A DNA stretch of 64,000 bases from a virus: positions 1 to 64,000 of the IMG/VR virus record IMGVR_UViG_3300044846_001307. One strand, 5' to 3'. Shown piece by piece: positions 62,001 to 64,000 of this stretch; position 1 is the first letter of the stretch; each line of letters opens with the position of its first letter. The notes below the pieces were generated by a model. It made no database searches and was not told the DNA's origin. It saw nothing but the letters and a program-made list of their open reading frames with translations. The translations under genes and the position numbers were made by a program.

Positions 62001-62268
62001 GTAAACATTGTCCATTAAACTCATACATACCTGGAGGACATCCTTCACCTCTCATATAACCTGGCAATGATTCATTCCAATATGATGGTTGCTGTACTCC
62101 TTGTACTTCTACCATAGGAGAAGCTGGTGTTTCCCCATCATATGGATCTTGTGATTTATTTGAAGATTTAAATTTACTTTTTTTAAGTCTACTATTTTTA
62201 ATTGTTTTACCAAATCTGGCTTGAGGTAATTCCTGTGGAATACTAGTTATTCTGTACTTTGCCATCAC
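59008..62268 (-). CDS. modular putative virion cargo protein
   Basis: 1086 aa with a CPPG micro-domain, coiled coils, hydrophobic Gly/Ala helices and xxGG motifs. Confidence 0.75.
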   Translation of the reverse strand: MMAKYRITSIPQELPQARFGKTIKNSRLKKSKFKSSNKSQDPYDGETPASPMVEVQGVQQPSYWNESLPGYMRGEGCPPGMYEFNGQCLPESEYIAASKAEMNQIQKDFEAKQLARNTALAKDINDIRTKANEQQKRWYKEESDKYRETFAKSKKQDKIEPWKKIPESNVSPEEEAELKNNFLVHKKDGYIELFPKNIVQDRIITNGFQAEQFKNYWGLDPKQVKEQLGDLMGAAKANYEAEVTKSILTKAIEQGKPVDQVIKGLSPKIGTQSGLKSTFEKPTNKIIDDAYASLVSNIDSIPGTDRAKVDQDRKIFLESDDPMTAWEKRYHSGTNNLGDFINYQSQKTERGEKAYSDWMDKYGKAGQYDGLTFAKDDAMANVRQNNALLNQTLNQKNALAAANTAKAKDFNDAYLAYMQNFQSDATKQVLKQALDNAGSTQKSKLEILKSFQEDPSQAMQKLLEQKTGDKKETYADILNNSIEARLLYEKNPDTIKQVSGNQFNIDENTGAKVKDCLKHPFDCMYYAMNAREGMWDGPKNLTYSQRKQIEDETGEDLGTMPVSVMSPFNFLLQPFNPFKIGFNLREGYDKGEFLPAVGKELWDVGSTYGGIKGLNAITKGAKWYKPNLIKPLMSNVFNNPISQLSYYANAPAFAESAYDNFEKGNYGTAALDALGALPAVGVAKNAFKTLNTLKTPGTMIANLSPESRYAFTYNAATPGSGIFMGNPSTAIPGIGQPKFQSITKPINTLSKGLGFGEFNINKVNPGWRVPQQPMNTNLLGYSDGGLIKARTGAIVKGLQSLGASGKTAARMANIGTIGTVNSLAKNIAPIMINPVRIPLFGTSIEKMGPFTGSPLNALPFYGEKMNPMDGTAFRKFGDTLDYVKMSGELNPSAGPLLRMGKNQIMSEGNWAELNEPNEQYSGVFGAQFNRNVPGSDISFQKMSNRNGVLVTDALGNRKPSIPLSEPGLSFHRRLPFSNRYIPVNMDKLRNDEFDWRTQGGNLQSLIERYGYGAAYAAALAGMGMAAPQEYLDEYVTEPVKKVYSKAEELLTNPWVKPKNKKGGMVAKLSKKEIDQYIKDGYIIEDE

Positions 62269-63998
62269 TATATTTTTTCAAACGTATAACCTAATTTCTT
62301 TAATTGTTGCATAGTAGCTTCATCTATTTCATCTCCAAGTTCATAATCAATAGAACCTCCTTGTTGAGCATATTGCATTTCTTCTTGAGAATCATTTTTT
62401 GCAATATAGTTAAATAGATCTTTTAATCCTTTCTCATCTTTTACAACTTTGAAAAGATTGTATAATGCAGGATCATAATTAGGATTATTTTTATCCAATG
62501 CACCATTTTTCTCTGCTTCAGATTTCCAAGACTTAATATCCTCATCTGTAATAACTTGTGTTGGTTGAAGACCTTTACTTTGTCTTACCTCAAATATTAA
62601 AGACTGTATGTTGTCTTGACTAGGATCTGTAAGATAATCATAATAATCCCTAGCTGCTTTTTTATCTGCACCTTTAAGATCACCCCAACCTTCTTCAAAT
62701 GATTTTAAGTTAGGTTGAATAATAATTTGTTCAGCAGGTAATATTTTATCACCAAATTTATCCCAAAGTCTTGTTCTTTCTTCATGTGCAATAGTTGAAT
62801 TTAATTCTTTTGGATCAGCTTTCAACTTTTCATTTAGTAATATTTTTTCAGCATCACCCTCATCATCATACACTAACTCTCCCATTACATTTGGATCATC
62901 ATTAATTATACTAGCATACTCATAAGGCACAGATTGATTTAATTCATCCAATAGTGGAGATTGCGGATTATAAACTGGTAAGAATTGTTTTAATGTACGT
63001 TCATATGTCTTATTACCTATTTCATCAAAAGGTAATTGTCTATTCCCATACCAGTTACTAAAGTAAGAGTTTGCATCTATTAAATTACTTGAAGGATCAT
63101 TTTCTTCAATAGGTGTATCCATTTGAACAGGAGCTGGGCCACCATTTCTTTTTTGGTTTAAAGCACCTCCATATTTTCTTTCAGCATCTATTAATTTCTG
63201 TTTATTACCAGTTGTTAAATACTCTTCAAATGATTTTACTAATTTTTTTTCAACGTCACTTTGTTGTTCTTGATTTTTTGAAGCAGCATTTAAGTAAGAC
63301 ATTATCAAAGCATCATCAAGATCTTTATATAACTCCTGTTGTTTTATTTTCTTTACATCACTCTCATCAAAAACTGTTATTTCTCTTGGATCAAAAGCAC
63401 CAGTAAAACCTTTATCTCTTAATGCATCTGCAGCTTGAGCTTGACTTGTTCTAATTAAATCTTCATTACCAGTTGGATTAAAACTTGTTCTTAAAGCCTG
63501 TTCATACTCATATCCATTTTGAAAATTTCTTGGATCTACACCATTTATCAAGCCTACTTTTTTTATAAAGTCATTAGTCATTGGTGCATTATAATTTAAA
63601 AAGTTTTGAGGATTTTTAAATAAAGCTTCTGAAACATAAGGTGTAAATGTTTTAGATTGAGGTATTAAACCATAACCACCTAAACTACTACTTCTAGCTG
63701 CACTTGCAGCAAAGTCAGGATGTTGTGTAAAATATGCACCACCTTCTTGATTACCTAAACCACTACCTCTAAAAGATCTATCAAAATTTTCAAATGATGT
63801 TTTATGTCCAGTTAAACCACCTGTTATTATTGGTTGATCACCATCATACATAATTGGATTGTAACCACTATACTGAGTTAAAAAATCACTCTCTAGCATA
63901 GGAACTTTTTCCAATAATTTTTTTGTTTGCTGTAAGTCTAACTTTGGCAATTCAAACTGAGCACCTGGAATAGCAGCTGGAAGATTAATCTGACTAGA
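62268..63998 (-). CDS. 5'-truncated cargo protein with ADP-ribosyltransferase-like (ART-PolyVal-like) and degenerate zincin-like domains
   Basis: frame is open to the window edge (SSQINLPAAIPGAQFELPK...); FENFDRSFRGSGLGNQEGGAYFT...LRDKGFTG...EITVFDESDVK; IAHEERT. Confidence 0.7.
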   Translation of the reverse strand, partial: SSQINLPAAIPGAQFELPKLDLQQTKKLLEKVPMLESDFLTQYSGYNPIMYDGDQPIITGGLTGHKTSFENFDRSFRGSGLGNQEGGAYFTQHPDFAASAARSSSLGGYGLIPQSKTFTPYVSEALFKNPQNFLNYNAPMTNDFIKKVGLINGVDPRNFQNGYEYEQALRTSFNPTGNEDLIRTSQAQAADALRDKGFTGAFDPREITVFDESDVKKIKQQELYKDLDDALIMSYLNAASKNQEQQSDVEKKLVKSFEEYLTTGNKQKLIDAERKYGGALNQKRNGGPAPVQMDTPIEENDPSSNLIDANSYFSNWYGNRQLPFDEIGNKTYERTLKQFLPVYNPQSPLLDELNQSVPYEYASIINDDPNVMGELVYDDEGDAEKILLNEKLKADPKELNSTIAHEERTRLWDKFGDKILPAEQIIIQPNLKSFEEGWGDLKGADKKAARDYYDYLTDPSQDNIQSLIFEVRQSKGLQPTQVITDEDIKSWKSEAEKNGALDKNNPNYDPALYNLFKVVKDEKGLKDLFNYIAKNDSQEEMQYAQQGGSIDYELGDEIDEATMQQLKKLGYTFEKI

Positions 63999-64000
63999 TA

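Noticed and set aside
62780-62800. Active metalloprotease at IAHEERT
   Set aside because: The second His of HExxH is absent, so it is kept only as a degenerate zincin-like domain.
25405-63406. Numerous short + strand and off-frame ORFs within the giant - strand genes
   Set aside because: They are nested in long genes and have the Ser/Leu/Phe-rich composition typical of antisense shadow ORFs.
1-64000. Stop-codon reassignment, as in some crAss-like phages
   Set aside because: ORFs up to 3315 aa are intact under code 11. TAG (5189, 22559, 62268) and TGA (6990, 11660) end genes exactly where the next gene or a terminator begins.
1-64000. tRNA genes, CRISPR arrays, DGR or integrase
   Set aside because: Intergenic gaps are short, and no cloverleaf, repeat-spacer array, reverse transcriptase or recombinase motif was recognised.

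Overview
This AT-rich window is part of a Crassvirales (crAss-like) phage genome. The host is probably Bacteroidota, given TAnnTTTG promoter boxes and A-rich leaders without Shine-Dalgarno sequences. The standard genetic code is used, and no tRNA, rRNA or CRISPR array was seen. The left arm (1-24510, + strand) is a replication and host-takeover module: HNH nuclease, SF2 helicase, ClpS, UDG, DnaB, Sak4-like ATPase, primase, GIY-YIG nuclease, DUF6878/DUF6915-like pair, DUF2201-VWA plus MoxR AAA, PD-(D/E)xK exonuclease, family-B DNA polymerase, MazG-like pyrophosphatase and a 2OG-Fe(II) oxygenase. Several clear intrinsic terminators punctuate it. The right arm (24534-64000, - strand) converges on it and encodes very large predicted virion/ejected proteins, including a 3315-aa single-chain RNA polymerase (DFDIDK). 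The most striking unexplained structure is in four tandem genes at 51200-64000. Their products are divided into modules by recurrent [A/K/F/M]-x-x-G(G) motifs and share Cys-rich micro-domains. A conserved C-terminal tag on one protein is always followed by a conserved N-terminal K-x-R-I tag on the next. This suggests a tagged, protease-processed or head-to-tail-docked polyprotein cargo system that may deliver effectors such as an ART-like domain. Family assignments come from motif recognition by eye; no database searches were run.
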